DNA of 60,999 nucleotides, the filler included. It is 8 parts of 8 records of this genome, joined end to end, with 100 filler letters (N's around TTAATTAATTAA, not from the genome) between each part and the next. Parts side by side here need not be neighbours in the genome. Positions count along the whole stretch, not along the records: positions 18,063 to 25,525 come from SRR31147125_34727; positions 25,626 to 31,654 come from SRR31147125_34755; positions 31,755 to 40,492 come from SRR31147125_34782; 5 more parts are not named here. The stretch is one strand, 5' to 3'. Below are positions 21,402-32,464 of this stretch, in pieces. Made by a program: the position numbers and the translations under genes. The notes under the pieces were generated by a model. That model saw only the letters and a program-made list of their open reading frames with translations. It was not told the origin of the DNA and did no database searches. Position 1 is the first letter of the stretch. Each line of letters opens with the position of its first letter.

Positions 21402-24400
21402 TCACCACATCTCTTTTCGACGTCCCACATGGAAACTCTGAGACTTGGCCAACACATTCATGCCCTCCTGGAGTTCTGTACATCCGCGTTCCAGTTCTGC
21501 ATGGAACTGTTCGGCCGCTTCGTTACCCTTCTCCATTAACTGGCGATTCAGGGCGATTCCCTTCTCACAGGCCTGCACAAGAGAACGTAAGCTTGTCTGG
21601 AGACGTCGCAAGTCGTCTGGATTGTGCATGTCGGGCTTGGACAAGAAAGACCGGGCAATTTCCAAGGGGCCCGCGTTCACCTCTGAACCAGTGTATGAGG
21701 AAGGAAGGAAAAGAGGAATTCATCTCCAAACGTACGTGGCCGTACGGATCCTTGCAACACATGTTGCAGAGTCTTGATGTCTGGGGCCGTTTGTTCCAGT
21801 TCACTGTTAATCGCCTCCGTTTTCTGTTCAACAACCTCAATCGAATTCTGAATGGGAGTGAGGGTAACCTGGGATCCCCAGACGCGGGTGAGAACGTAGA
21901 ATACATGTGTGTAGGTATATGGGCGCACTTCATGTTTTTCCTGCACGGGTAATCGTTTGCGAGTACACGGAAACGAAGATTTCACACTAAGAATGGTCTT
22001 TCGCTTGCATTGATCAACGACCAGTCCTTGTGCGGGTCCTAACAGGGTGAATGGTGTCGAGAACACAAACATCCCTGGGTTCTGGATGGGTATCGTCGCA
22101 GAGAAGCAGGATCGGTGCATAGCACACACCCAAGTTGGTGTTCTTCTCAAAGTATGAAAAACGATGTTCGCCCTCGTTGAAGAACGGCTCAACAGCTGTG
22201 ACTTGGATGTAGCAGGTGGAGGGATCCAGCTTGGACACATCAGTCTTGCTTGAATCCGTGATGAAGTGAATCTTTGCGGCCTCTGCAACACGGGAGAACT
22301 CATCCTGTGGTGCCGTGTGAGGCATTGTGCAGACAGGCAGGCACACCCATCAACAACACACGGCAAGCTTATCCTTGATGTCCCCGAGGCGCGTTCCCAT
22401 GTCTTCGCGATAGATGTACTCGCATTTGTTGTCCTCACGGAATCCCTCCCCATAGAATCCGACCCGGTAGTACTGCGCCAATGTCCAGCGGTGATACCCT
22501 TCGTGGTTCTGCGCGCGTCGCAGAATTGAACAGACAGACCACTCAAATCAGTTCCACACGCACGGCTTGGACAACTTCGTTGTAGTAGCCACCCAGAGCT
22601 GTGTGCACACGTGAGAGTTCCGAGTAATTTCGATGCTTCTCCAAAAAGGGAATGACCATTTTGATTACGTCGATGCACCACTCGTGCAATTTGGCCTGCG
22701 ATCATCTCATCAGCATAACCCGATTCAGCCTCGTCACGGATACCTTCAAAAGCAAGTCTGCAGCACTCCGAAGCAAAGATACAAGATCATCTTCATTGTA
22801 TTGATGCCGCTCAAGTTTCTCGTCCTCCTCCTGATGGATGGATGAGCTTGGAATGGAGTCAATGTGGCGTGAGACACGCACAGAAACCAGGGGGTAGTCC
22901 GAACAGATCTGTGACAGTGCATCCACAATCGTCTTGTATCCTGGCTCCTTCTGAATCAACTTCTCCGCCACGATGAAGGCTACGTGGAGCAAACAAAGGC
23001 CTGCTTCGGCAATAGATCCTTGCTACACACACGCGCGCGTCTGTAAGAGAACAGCACATGTCCTTCACGTTCGCGTACATTTTGTTGAAATTCACTCAGT
23101 TTCCTGAGCCACCCATCACGAACGGGGGCACTCCCACATAACAGTCGGCCAGACTTGAAAGAAGGTCGGCGTAGCGTGGCGGATGAACCTCTAGATGACT
23201 CAAACTTGCATAGGTGCGAATGATACGGACACATGTGTGTGCGAAGCTCGTTACATCCTCCACCAACGTGGACAAGTCTGTTGCGTAGGCTCGATTCTAC
23301 ACACAAAACAGGTGAGAGAACACAATCACAAGGAAGAAGAACAGACCTGGCGTGATGTGGGCCGTTCCAAATCGGCCTTTGCATAGAGGGGAAGTGTGTT
23401 GAAGCAGTGTTGAACATTAACCTTCACAACTCCCTTGTGTGGGTGTGGGGGGTGAGACCGATCATCGCGCGATAGTGTACTCCTCACACCCGCACGCACA
23501 CACACCTCAGATTCCTGAAGCAACTCGTGAAGCGCCTGAAGGATACATACACGCACACGCGAAAAATTCCCACGTTCTTCAATGTTGTTCTGGGAAGGGG
23601 CGGCCGTAAGCAAAAGCAGGAAGGGGGATCGTCTACTCCTTACCCTGATCATTAGATATGTCGACGCACACGCCTCAGAGCGTGTCAAGAGTGTACAGGA
23701 CTCAAACTGGCGTAGAAGCCCTTGACATATCTCAAAACAGTATCCGCGTTCTCTTGAAAAGAGGATCTCCCGGAAATCATGGATGAACACCCGCAACGAA
23801 GAGAAGAAGTAGGTTACAAACGTGTGGGACTGGTTCCTCTTCAGGAAGAGCAGAACTAATCCGAAGATCTCCTTCATCTCCTCGGACACCGTGTCAACAG
23901 GCACAACCATAGTCTTGATGATGTGCAACATTATATCATGCACTACGAAACTAACTTCTGTGCTGAGATTGCCTTCCCAAAGCACCTACACCGGGAAAGA
24001 TGTTCACTTCTCCTCCGGGAAACAGAGAACGCCACGCACTAGCATGTTGACCATGCTCACAACTTCCTGTGCCGTTTTGCGTGCAGTCTTGTACTTGTCC
24101 TTTACAAGACCTACACGAGAACGAGGCGACCCACTTGCGTCTTTTTGCCCCATGAGTACACACACATACACACATATATTATTCACCGCCCTGTACGCAC
24201 TCCACTGCATGCTCCGCACACGATTCGTCCGGGAACGAGAGGAAGCAATCCCCTTATTCGCATCTTGAGAACTACTGCTTCTTTCGACGGCCGCCTGGGG
24301 GTTGTGAACGGCAGTGCGTCCTTGCTTTCTCAAACATACCATAAAATTGCTGACAGTGCTTGAACGAAAGTATTTCTCCACAATAGACAAGGAAAGTGTT

Positions 24401-25525
24401 GTTGTGGGGCCTTTTTCGGGATTGCCAAAGTCTGCTGCCTTCTTCTCACTACCTCCCTTGTACTGAAAACCGCCTCCCATCAACAACTCACACAGCGGGG
24501 TGACATTCACATACACACCTCAAACACAATCAGACACTCCTGAAGCAAACGCAACAGTTGAGGGGCTGCTGTAGGAGCCTTGTCCCTCATCCATTCTACC
24601 AATCGACCCCCATAATTCTGACAAATGAAAAGAATGGCACAGTAGAAGTCGCGTCTCTCATTGCCCATTTGGTACATCGTGGGAGGTTTCCGTAACACCT
24701 GGGCGAGGGTACGTCTGTTAGTACTGATCGCCACGGCCTACACGCTACAATACCGCAGCAAGGAACGGAAGATACAAGTGTGCGACCTCCTCACGCATCT
24801 CCTTGCTCGCATACCGAGTGTCGTATTCGTGTTTTGCAAGCAAATCACGCAAGAGAGACAGTGCCTTGCAAAACAGAGGAAAAGTTAACACAACACAACA
24901 CAACACACGTCCAGTCCAACCTACCATGGCCCTTCGAGTGACATCATACACACCACACACAGCCGACACTTCGGCGAGGAGGATGGAGATGATGCGTCGA
25001 TTGCTGAAACTGTACTCCAAGAAGTATTCGTGGTCCGTTACGATTCTCAAGAACTCCAGACGATAATCCACAAAGAGGTTCCCCTTCTCTGCTGTCTCAG
25101 AGAAATAGGCCTCCACCTGATGGTGTGTGAGATATCGTGAGATATCAGGGAAACGGACGCTGGGCCGAGCAAACACGCACAATCTCACTGACTTGATCGA
25201 TTGTGGCGACAGAGTAGAGATCGTGCACAAAAAGGGCCAGGCTCCGATTCAGTTTTCCCCTGGCAAGAACTCCCAGACTTCCGTCCGCCAAGAAGGTCAA
25301 AAACCGGTTTGTAAGAGCCTTCACATCATCCACGAACTCCGAGGTCAGCGAACGACCAAAGGTCCCTTTCTCTGCAAACGGCATGAGCAACAGGGGATCC
25401 TTGGCAAGTGGTCTACCCACCTAGACAGAACAGAAAAATGGATTTGGACATCACATCCAGGAAGAACCAACTGAATTCTAACATTCCCTCGACAATGTGT
25501 GGGAACACCTCGGCCTTCTGAGGGG
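21402..25525 (-). CDS. DOCK-family (DOCK-C/D, zizimin-like) Rho GEF, spliced, 5' truncated
   Basis: Exon motifs SWFFLDVMSKS, LEFLRIVTDHEYF, LLAKHEYDTRY..EVAHLYLPF, YIQVTAVEPFF, FVFSTPFT, KRKTIL, LQHVLQGSVRP, NAGPLEIARSFL (DHR-2 domain); many short introns. Confidence 0.9.
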
Positions 25526-25625
25526 NNNNNNNNNNNNNNNNNNNNNNNNNNNNNNNNNNNNNNNNNNNNTTAATTAATTAANNNNNNNNNNNNNNNNNNN
25601 NNNNNNNNNNNNNNNNNNNNNNNNN
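25526..25625. other. Artificial contig linker
   Basis: N44-TTAATTAATTAA-N44. Confidence 0.97.
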
Positions 25626-25626
25626 A

Positions 25627-27552
25627 AAGCTGATTGAAACAGCTTACAATAAACTCACCACAATGATGTTCGACCCTATTGGCGGAACCGGAAATCCTTT
25701 GGTAAAAGATTTGGTAAGTAGCATTTCCGGCAAAAAAAGCCCGATGGACCGTGCTACCGATTTATACAAACAAAACAAAGCAAGTTCCGATAAAAAGGAA
25801 CCGACAAAAAGTTCAACTCCTGCAAAAAGCTCCGACACTTCGAAAAAAACTTCGATGCATTGGAATTCTGCCCTGAACGACAATTTGTTGTTGGCATATA
25901 ATGGAGGCAGTTACCCGGCAGAATATTTTTATGCTCTTAATATGAATGACGGGCAACAGGAGGATTGGCAACCCAAGCATATTAAAGAGGAATACAAAGC
26001 CTGGATAAATGGACTTCCGGTACCTCCCGAAACCAGGCAAAAATACCTTGAGTCGGTTGATAAAAATCAATATTTGGAAATTACAGCCCTTGTAAATGAG
26101 GCATCGGCAGGAAACAGCGACAAACCCTACCTATATTATAACAAGTTCCTTTTTACTCCTTCTGAATTAACAAAATACGACGAATTCTTTAAAGAAACGA
26201 AAGACCTGCCTGAAGAGCTACAAACATTAATCAGCAACAGAATCACTCAAATTATTGAAGGACAAGATTTCCTAAACAACCAGCAAAAAGAGTATATATT
26301 AAATACATTCCCTAAAAAAATTGACAACTATTTTGTTAATTCCGTTTCACTGGCATACATAGGATATTTAAACAAGGAAGAGTTGGCTTATGTGCCGACA
26401 ACAACGAAAGGAAAAGAGCTGGTTAACGGCCTATACGAACTCAGAACTAAAAAAGAAGCCGAAGTAAAACCAATTGGTGATGGCCTTTTGGAAATTCCGG
26501 GTGAAGATGATGCAACTGCCGACAAGAAAGAAACGCCCGATTCGAAAGATGAAAAATCAGCTGCGGCAGATAAAAGTGCTACAGAAGAGAAGAAAGAGAA
26601 TCCGGCAGAAAAAGCAGTAACTGAAGCTGCAAAAAAGGCAGCCGGTAAAGCGACTTCGGCAGCAACCGCATCGAAAGCTGCTGCTGATAAGAAAAAGGAA
26701 GCCGAAAAGAAAAAAGCAGATGCTAAAAAAGCTGAAGCCAAAAAGAAAGATGAAAAGAAATCGGACTTTAAAATGGCAATAATGGCATCGTACCAATTCA
26801 AAAAAATGAAGCAAACCGGCAAATTCAAAATCAACCTGAATAAATACACTGCTGACAAACTGGTGCTTCGTTTCGATGAAAATATTGGGCAAATAGATTG
26901 CAGCGAATGTTTCCTCCAAGTGAATTTAGATGACCCGCTGTTTAAACAACGCGAAATTGTGGCCATGGTTGATGGTTTTAATGCCGACGATTTTGGCAAG
27001 TTCATTAATTACGTTAGCCTGAAAATGAAAAAAACACACCAAAGTGGCGAAGTTACATACGACGAAGTTCGCATAGACCGTGATAACTTTGTGAAATCGG
27101 CAAACAACTTTAAGGTGCTTTACGGCTGGAAAGGTGATGACAACCGCACCCAATGGCTCGATTACGAATACCAGGCACAGTGGAGCTTTTTTGGAGGCAA
27201 CCAAGTAGCAGGCAATTGGGAACCAGCCAATGCCAATGCCATTAACCTGGCACCACCTTTCCTTCGCAAAACCATCGAGTTGGAAGCCGATCCGGCAATG
27301 TTGCAGGACAAAAATGTACGTTCGATAAACGTGAAACTTTTCTACAAAATTGGCGATAAAGAAGAGGTGAAACAGGTAACAATGATGCCATCGCGCGAGC
27401 AATTCTCCGAAAAGGTTGACATTATGCTGCCACAAGGTGCGCTTGAATACGACTACGAAATTACCTGGCGGATTACCGGCAACCAAACAGCAAGTTCGGG
27501 CCGCCAAACCACCAGCGAACAAATTTTATTTGTCGACGAGGTAGAGTTGTAA
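25627..27552 (+). CDS. Large hypothetical protein, 5' truncated, with Lys/Ala/Glu-rich linker and beta-rich C-terminus
   Basis: Frame open from the contig edge (KLIETAYNKLTTMMFDP...), about 640 codons; no family recognised. Confidence 0.8.
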   Translation, partial: KLIETAYNKLTTMMFDPIGGTGNPLVKDLVSSISGKKSPMDRATDLYKQNKASSDKKEPTKSSTPAKSSDTSKKTSMHWNSALNDNLLLAYNGGSYPAEYFYALNMNDGQQEDWQPKHIKEEYKAWINGLPVPPETRQKYLESVDKNQYLEITALVNEASAGNSDKPYLYYNKFLFTPSELTKYDEFFKETKDLPEELQTLISNRITQIIEGQDFLNNQQKEYILNTFPKKIDNYFVNSVSLAYIGYLNKEELAYVPTTTKGKELVNGLYELRTKKEAEVKPIGDGLLEIPGEDDATADKKETPDSKDEKSAAADKSATEEKKENPAEKAVTEAAKKAAGKATSAATASKAAADKKKEAEKKKADAKKAEAKKKDEKKSDFKMAIMASYQFKKMKQTGKFKINLNKYTADKLVLRFDENIGQIDCSECFLQVNLDDPLFKQREIVAMVDGFNADDFGKFINYVSLKMKKTHQSGEVTYDEVRIDRDNFVKSANNFKVLYGWKGDDNRTQWLDYEYQAQWSFFGGNQVAGNWEPANANAINLAPPFLRKTIELEADPAMLQDKNVRSINVKLFYKIGDKEEVKQVTMMPSREQFSEKVDIMLPQGALEYDYEITWRITGNQTASSGRQTTSEQILFVDEVEL

Positions 27553-27574
27553 AAATATGTAATTGCAGAAATCC

Positions 27575-27607
27575 ACCGTCGGTGTCGCTTCGAGCGACGC
27601 CGACGGT
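27575..27607. repeat. GC-rich palindrome (REP-like or terminator hairpin)
   Basis: ACCGTCGGTGTCGCT-TCG-AGCGACGCCGACGGT, 15-bp stem with one G-U pair. Confidence 0.7.
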
Positions 27608-27679
27608 TTGTTTCAAAACCATCCGCACCATCTACCTTCCAAATATTTTTCGTTAACTTGCCCAATCAAAATAATCGCA

Positions 27680-28465
27680 TTGAAACCAATTAAACTCACC
27701 ATAAAAATTACTTCGGTTGATGAACAAAAAATAGGATGCCACATTTCCAATGAAACTGAAAATATTCGCCTGAATTATCTTATTGCTGAAGGTGACATTG
27801 TTTTTGAGGATGAAAACAACCTGATGGGAGTAATTCTTAAAAACAAACACCAATTCGAAAAGGTTATTCGTTCGGCGGCAAAAGGAAAAATCACTGTCGG
27901 ACAAACCATCAATTGCGTTTTTATCGAAGATTTTAACTTTCTGAAAGATTCTGATTTTACCCGTATTATTCGGGTTGACAGGCGAAACGAAGCATTAAAA
28001 ATTACCACCAACGAAACTGGGCTTGATAACGTTCATAAAATTTATGCCGATGGTTCGTTTGCCCATAAAACCGGACAATCGGGATTTGGCGGATTTACAG
28101 AAACACCCAATGGCAAACGCGAAATTTTTAGCCAATCGTTTACCGGTGGCAGCAATAACCTTATGGAACTACTTGCAGTAACAGAAGGTTTAAAACGCCT
28201 GCAAAACATTGAAAAAATACAGGTTAATACCGACAGCCGTTTTGTAATACGCGGATTGGTGCAATGGGTACATTTTTGGCGACACAACAACTGGGAAACC
28301 GCCTACGGTTGCAAAGTAAAGTTTGCCGACAAATGGCAAGACATCGACAAACTTTGCGAAAACAAACTAATCGAATTCAGATGGATTAAAGGCCACTCAG
28401 GGAATGAAGAACAGAGTTTCTGCGATGAGTTGGCACGGCGTTCTGCAAATCATCTTCCAAGCTAA
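27680..28465 (+). CDS. Ribonuclease HI with uncharacterised N-terminal extension
   Basis: IYADGS, SNNLMELLAV, VNTDSRFV, WIKGHSGNEEQSFCDELA; start uncertain (TTG 27680 preferred because TTG 27563 would read through the hairpin). Confidence 0.82.
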   Translation: MKPIKLTIKITSVDEQKIGCHISNETENIRLNYLIAEGDIVFEDENNLMGVILKNKHQFEKVIRSAAKGKITVGQTINCVFIEDFNFLKDSDFTRIIRVDRRNEALKITTNETGLDNVHKIYADGSFAHKTGQSGFGGFTETPNGKREIFSQSFTGGSNNLMELLAVTEGLKRLQNIEKIQVNTDSRFVIRGLVQWVHFWRHNNWETAYGCKVKFADKWQDIDKLCENKLIEFRWIKGHSGNEEQSFCDELARRSANHLPS

Positions 28466-31432
28466 CAATGAATCAAAGCCCTCCGTTCTCGCCCATTCAT
28501 TAATACCGTAAGTGGCTTATCAAACTTAACATGCCTGATAAATTCCGTTTCACGAACCAGTTTCTGTTGTTTTAATGCCTCCATTTTAATTTTCGACTTT
28601 CGGCAATTATGCGGTACCGAAAAATAGCCAACATTCATTGATGTAACATTATGGAAAAAATGCGAGCCAAGTGAAGCATCTAAAGGGAAATCGGGCAATC
28701 CCATTTCAATAATAATCCTGGCTTTTGAGATATTTGCCCATAAAACAGGAATTCCGGTAAACGGATCGCGCGAGCCCCAGCGTCCGGGACCAATAAGAAT
28801 ATAATCTTTTCCTGCAGCTTCAAATTCGGCATTCATTTCACGAATTTCCCTTGCCATTTCCTTGGTTCTCAACTTATCGAACTTGTCCGGATCAACATAA
28901 ACAACGTCGCAAATTTCATCTATTTGCCCATTGCCCATTCCACGCTCGGCATACATAAACACCTTATCGTCGGACACTTTTGTAATATCCACTTCCACCT
29001 GTTCTTCCATTCTTATTAATGGCTTTATCTGAAGCAGGTACAATGTAGGCTTCCCGTTTTCTGCCGGCTCAATATCAATCGCATATTCAATTTCTACAGG
29101 AGAGCCCATTGCCTCTTTAAACAGTTTCAATAATAAGCGCAGTGCATCGGCCAGAGGTAAATAATTGTACTTTAAAATATTGGCAAAGTCTATTACTTTG
29201 GGGCCACTGCCATGAACCCCCGGAATCAGATCGTCGTTTTCGATAAAATATGTAGAAGCAGAATGTTCCAATGTCCCATCCTTTTCTGCTTCTTTAATTC
29301 GATATTTTTTAATAGCAGCATCTTCTCCTCCGCCAATCAAATCAATTTCCTTATTTGCTAAATCGATGGCATAATACTGCTTTTGCGTATCGCGCAACTG
29401 GTCTTTTAAAGCCGAAGCATTTACATGCGGATACCTCGGACAAAAACGAAAAGCATTTTCACCTCCAACAACATACATTCCCAGTCCGACCGCGGCAACC
29501 GAGAATCCATCTTCCGGCTCCATGTACGAAATAGGATAGTAATTATACGACTGTGCAACTCCTGAAAGTGTCGGGTAATATTTTTCGTTATACTCGTGCC
29601 CAATTACTTATGGATTACCACTGCCATTTTTTCTTCCTCAATTTTGTAATTCACCGCATCGAAATAAGCTTGTGCCGATTCGGTAAAAATACTGGAGTAC
29701 ACCAATTTTATAGCCTCTTCAAGCTGGCGGTAACGCACCTCAATATCTTCGTGATTATTCGGAATAAGATACGTAGCATAAACTCCCGAAAAAGGCTGTA
29801 GCAACGAATCTTCGAATAAGCCAGACGAACGAACGGCAAGTGGCCGCTTTATTCGTTTCAGATAAGCCTTTAACCGTTTTCTGATTTTGTGATCAAATTC
29901 TGACTCCAGAAAATGTTTGCGTATAGCTTCGTAATCGTTCAACGAATAAATATCGTCGTACAAATTATTTATCTCGACAAACTTATCGAACTCCAAGGCC
30001 CCTATTACTGATGTCGACGGAATACGAATATTCATATCAGGAATAAGTTTCCTAAAATCGATATTCTCAATAAAATTACAAATAAAGGCAATACCTCTCC
30101 CCTTTCCTCCAAGTGAGCCTTTTGCCATTCGTACTATAAAGCGGCTTGAGCTAACCAACTCGGAGTCAAAATTCACAATTGAACCTTTTAGTTTTTCGAA
30201 GCGTACTTTTTTGAAACAATTGAGGCAGAATTCCCTTAATTCTTCAGGAGAATTGAAATCTGACGTTTGGACCGGCATAAGCATTTCGGCCAGGTTAATT
30301 TCGCCACGCGCCATCAGCCAGGTAGAAAATGAATTTCTGCTACCATGGTACTGCAACGAGCCTTCCGGAATCTCTCTGAACTTTTCCTGAAATTCTACAA
30401 GGTTTCGTGCTTCAGTAATAGGCAGTCCATCGGTGCCTTTAAAAACAAAGTCGCCAAAACCTAAACGGCGATACAAAAAGTTAAATATGTCCATTGAGAG
30501 GCTTTCCGAGTTCTTATTAATAAAATCGGCACCAACCTCTTTTGCACGCTGTGCATTTCCAATATCGTGCGACTGCAATAACAAGGGTATCGGAAATTTT
30601 CGTGTTTCTTTCGTATACTTCAATAATTCAATACCGGCATCCTCATCTTCAACGCCACCTTTATCGAACTTAACATCAGAAATTACACAAAGCATATAAC
30701 GCCGATAGTTATTAATATACTTGACAGCCTCTTCGTAATTATCAACCAAAATTACTTTTGGCCGGGCCCTCATCCTAAGAATTTTGTGTAATTCGTCGTT
30801 AGCATCTTCAACAAGTGCCTGGGTCTGCATCATTACCGTTGTATACAACATGGGTAAATATCGCGAGTAGTACTGAATACTGTCTTCAACTAAAAGAATA
30901 ATCCTTACATTACCATTTTGAGTATCGCGCGCCACATTTTTCAGGTCCTCAACATACTTAATCATGGCCATGAAAACATTGGAATTACCATTCCATACAA
31001 ATGTGCGGTCGATAAAATCGAGCTTGCGAACTTCTTTCTGAAAGTAACGTAAATCGGCATTATTATTCACCAATAACAGAAGATGAGTTTTTCTTCTCAA
31101 CTGCCTTATTTCCCGGGCCGTTTCAACCGGAGTTTCTTTATCAACACCTGCCATAACAATTATCAAATCGAAATCGCGGTGTTCGAGAGTCAGCAATGCT
31201 TCGTCTTTCGAGTGCACACTGGTAAAGCGAGGTGCTGCATATAGGTTTAATTGCAGGTATTCTCCAAAAATTTTATCGCTAAACTGTCCTTCGCGAACTA
31301 TTGAATATGAATCGTAAAGCGTGGCCACCAGCAAAACCTCCTTTACCTTAGTGGGCATTAATTATGGAAAATATCGCGATCGTTTTTCCGCTTTTTATAG
31401 ATGTCTGCCAATGATGTGCTTTCGATGTTCAT
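28462..31432 (-). CDS. PEP/pyruvate-binding (PPDK N-terminal-like) protein with receiver-like N-terminal domains; frameshifts near 31360 and 29580-29610
   Basis: GSLGGKGRGIAF, LAVRSSGLFEDS, EEEKMAVV, VEIEYA, LLQIKP, IGPGRWGS, GSHFFHN; split ORFs 29604-31358 and 28462-29523. Confidence 0.85.
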
Positions 31433-31507
31433 GCTTGATGTATTTAGCTTTTGAAATTAGGGAAATTTTAGGTCTTTCAAAATGACATGGTTTGAAATAG
31501 GAATCAA

Positions 31508-31579
31508 AAAAAGTCGTCACCCCACTACTAAAAAGTCGTCACCCCGCTATTTGCATAAAATCATAGCGGGGTGACGACT
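31508..31579. repeat. 17-bp perfect inverted repeat plus an upstream direct copy
   Basis: AGTCGTCACCCCGCTAT (31534-31550) pairs with ATAGCGGGGTGACGACT (31563-31579); extra AAAAAGTCGTCACCCC at 31508. Confidence 0.8.
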
Positions 31580-31603
31580 GGTTTCTGCCGAAAGACAAGA
31601 CAT

Positions 31604-31638
31604 AAAAAATCCCGAAGATTTCTCCCCGGGATTTCTTT
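31604..31638. terminator. Intrinsic terminator
   Basis: AAAAAATCCCG...CGGGATTTCTTT. Confidence 0.65.
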
Positions 31639-31654
31639 ATATTGAATGAATTTC

Positions 31655-31754
31655 NNNNNNNNNNNNNNNNNNNNNNNNNNNNNNNNNNNNNNNNNNNNTT
31701 AATTAATTAANNNNNNNNNNNNNNNNNNNNNNNNNNNNNNNNNNNNNNNNNNNN
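31655..31754. other. Artificial contig linker
   Basis: N44-TTAATTAATTAA-N44. Confidence 0.97.
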
Positions 31755-32002
31755 GGACTGTGGGACATTCGCTCAGCCTGGGCATCGCGGACTCGGTGAC
31801 CGTGCTCGCCGATTCTGCATTTGTGGCCGATGCCGTGGCTACCAGGCTCGGTAACGAGATCAGGGAAACGAACCGGACCGGCGAGTCGATCAATCGGGCG
31901 TTGGGTATTGCCGAGAACATGGAGCAGGTCCGCGGGGTGCTGATCATCTGTGACGAGACGATTGGTGCGCGCGGTGAAATCGAATTGAAACCACTGGATT
32001 AA
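31755..32002 (+). CDS. UPF0280/ApbE-like protein, C-terminal fragment
   Basis: TVGHSLSLGIADSVTV..ADAVATRLGN motif. Confidence 0.8.
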
Positions 32003-32013
32003 CAGACCGTGAC

Positions 32014-32451
32014 ATGAGTGATCAGGGCCGAACGAGACCACCGGGATCGAGAAAGAGCAGAAGGAGCGAGCGTGACGGGCTGGTCCACTACCTGCGCGTG
32101 TTCGAGGTGGCAAGCGGCAAACTGCTCGGTCATCTCGCCGATATCTCGGTCGGCGGCATCAAACTGGTGAGTCGTGAGAAGCTCGAGTTGCACCGGACGT
32201 TCGAGTTGAAACTGGTACTGCCCAAAGAGATATTGGGAAGATCCGAGATCGTTGTCACCGCCAGGAGCTGCTGGGTCGAGCCCGATTCGAACCCCGATTT
32301 CGTGGTGACCGGTTTCAGCTTCCCGGCTCTGGACGAAGAACTCGAGAAGCTGATGGGCGCGGTTCACGAAGAGTTCGGAAGGGAGACCACCCTGAGTCCG
32401 GTCACGTCGGAGCGCCCAGCCTGCAAACTTACCGGCGGATCGGGAAGATAA
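32014..32451 (+). CDS. PilZ-domain protein
   Basis: RRSER (RxxxR) and DISVGG (DxSxxG). Confidence 0.85.
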   Translation: MSDQGRTRPPGSRKSRRSERDGLVHYLRVFEVASGKLLGHLADISVGGIKLVSREKLELHRTFELKLVLPKEILGRSEIVVTARSCWVEPDSNPDFVVTGFSFPALDEELEKLMGAVHEEFGRETTLSPVTSERPACKLTGGSGR

Positions 32452-32464
32452 CCCGTATTGTATC

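Noticed and set aside
18119-25525. Alternative genetic code in the protist
   Set aside because: The exons I traced translate without in-frame stops under the standard code and end at TAA or TGA; DOCK exons were only partly traced.
17458-25700. Eukaryote-to-bacterium gene transfer of ankyrin, ESCRT and DOCK genes, or an Asgard archaeal origin
   Set aside because: The segment is bounded by linkers and full of spliceosomal GT-AG introns, so it is a separate eukaryotic contig.
31508-31579. Mini CRISPR array
   Set aside because: Units are too short, the spacer is about 6 nt, the third copy is inverted and no cas genes are present.
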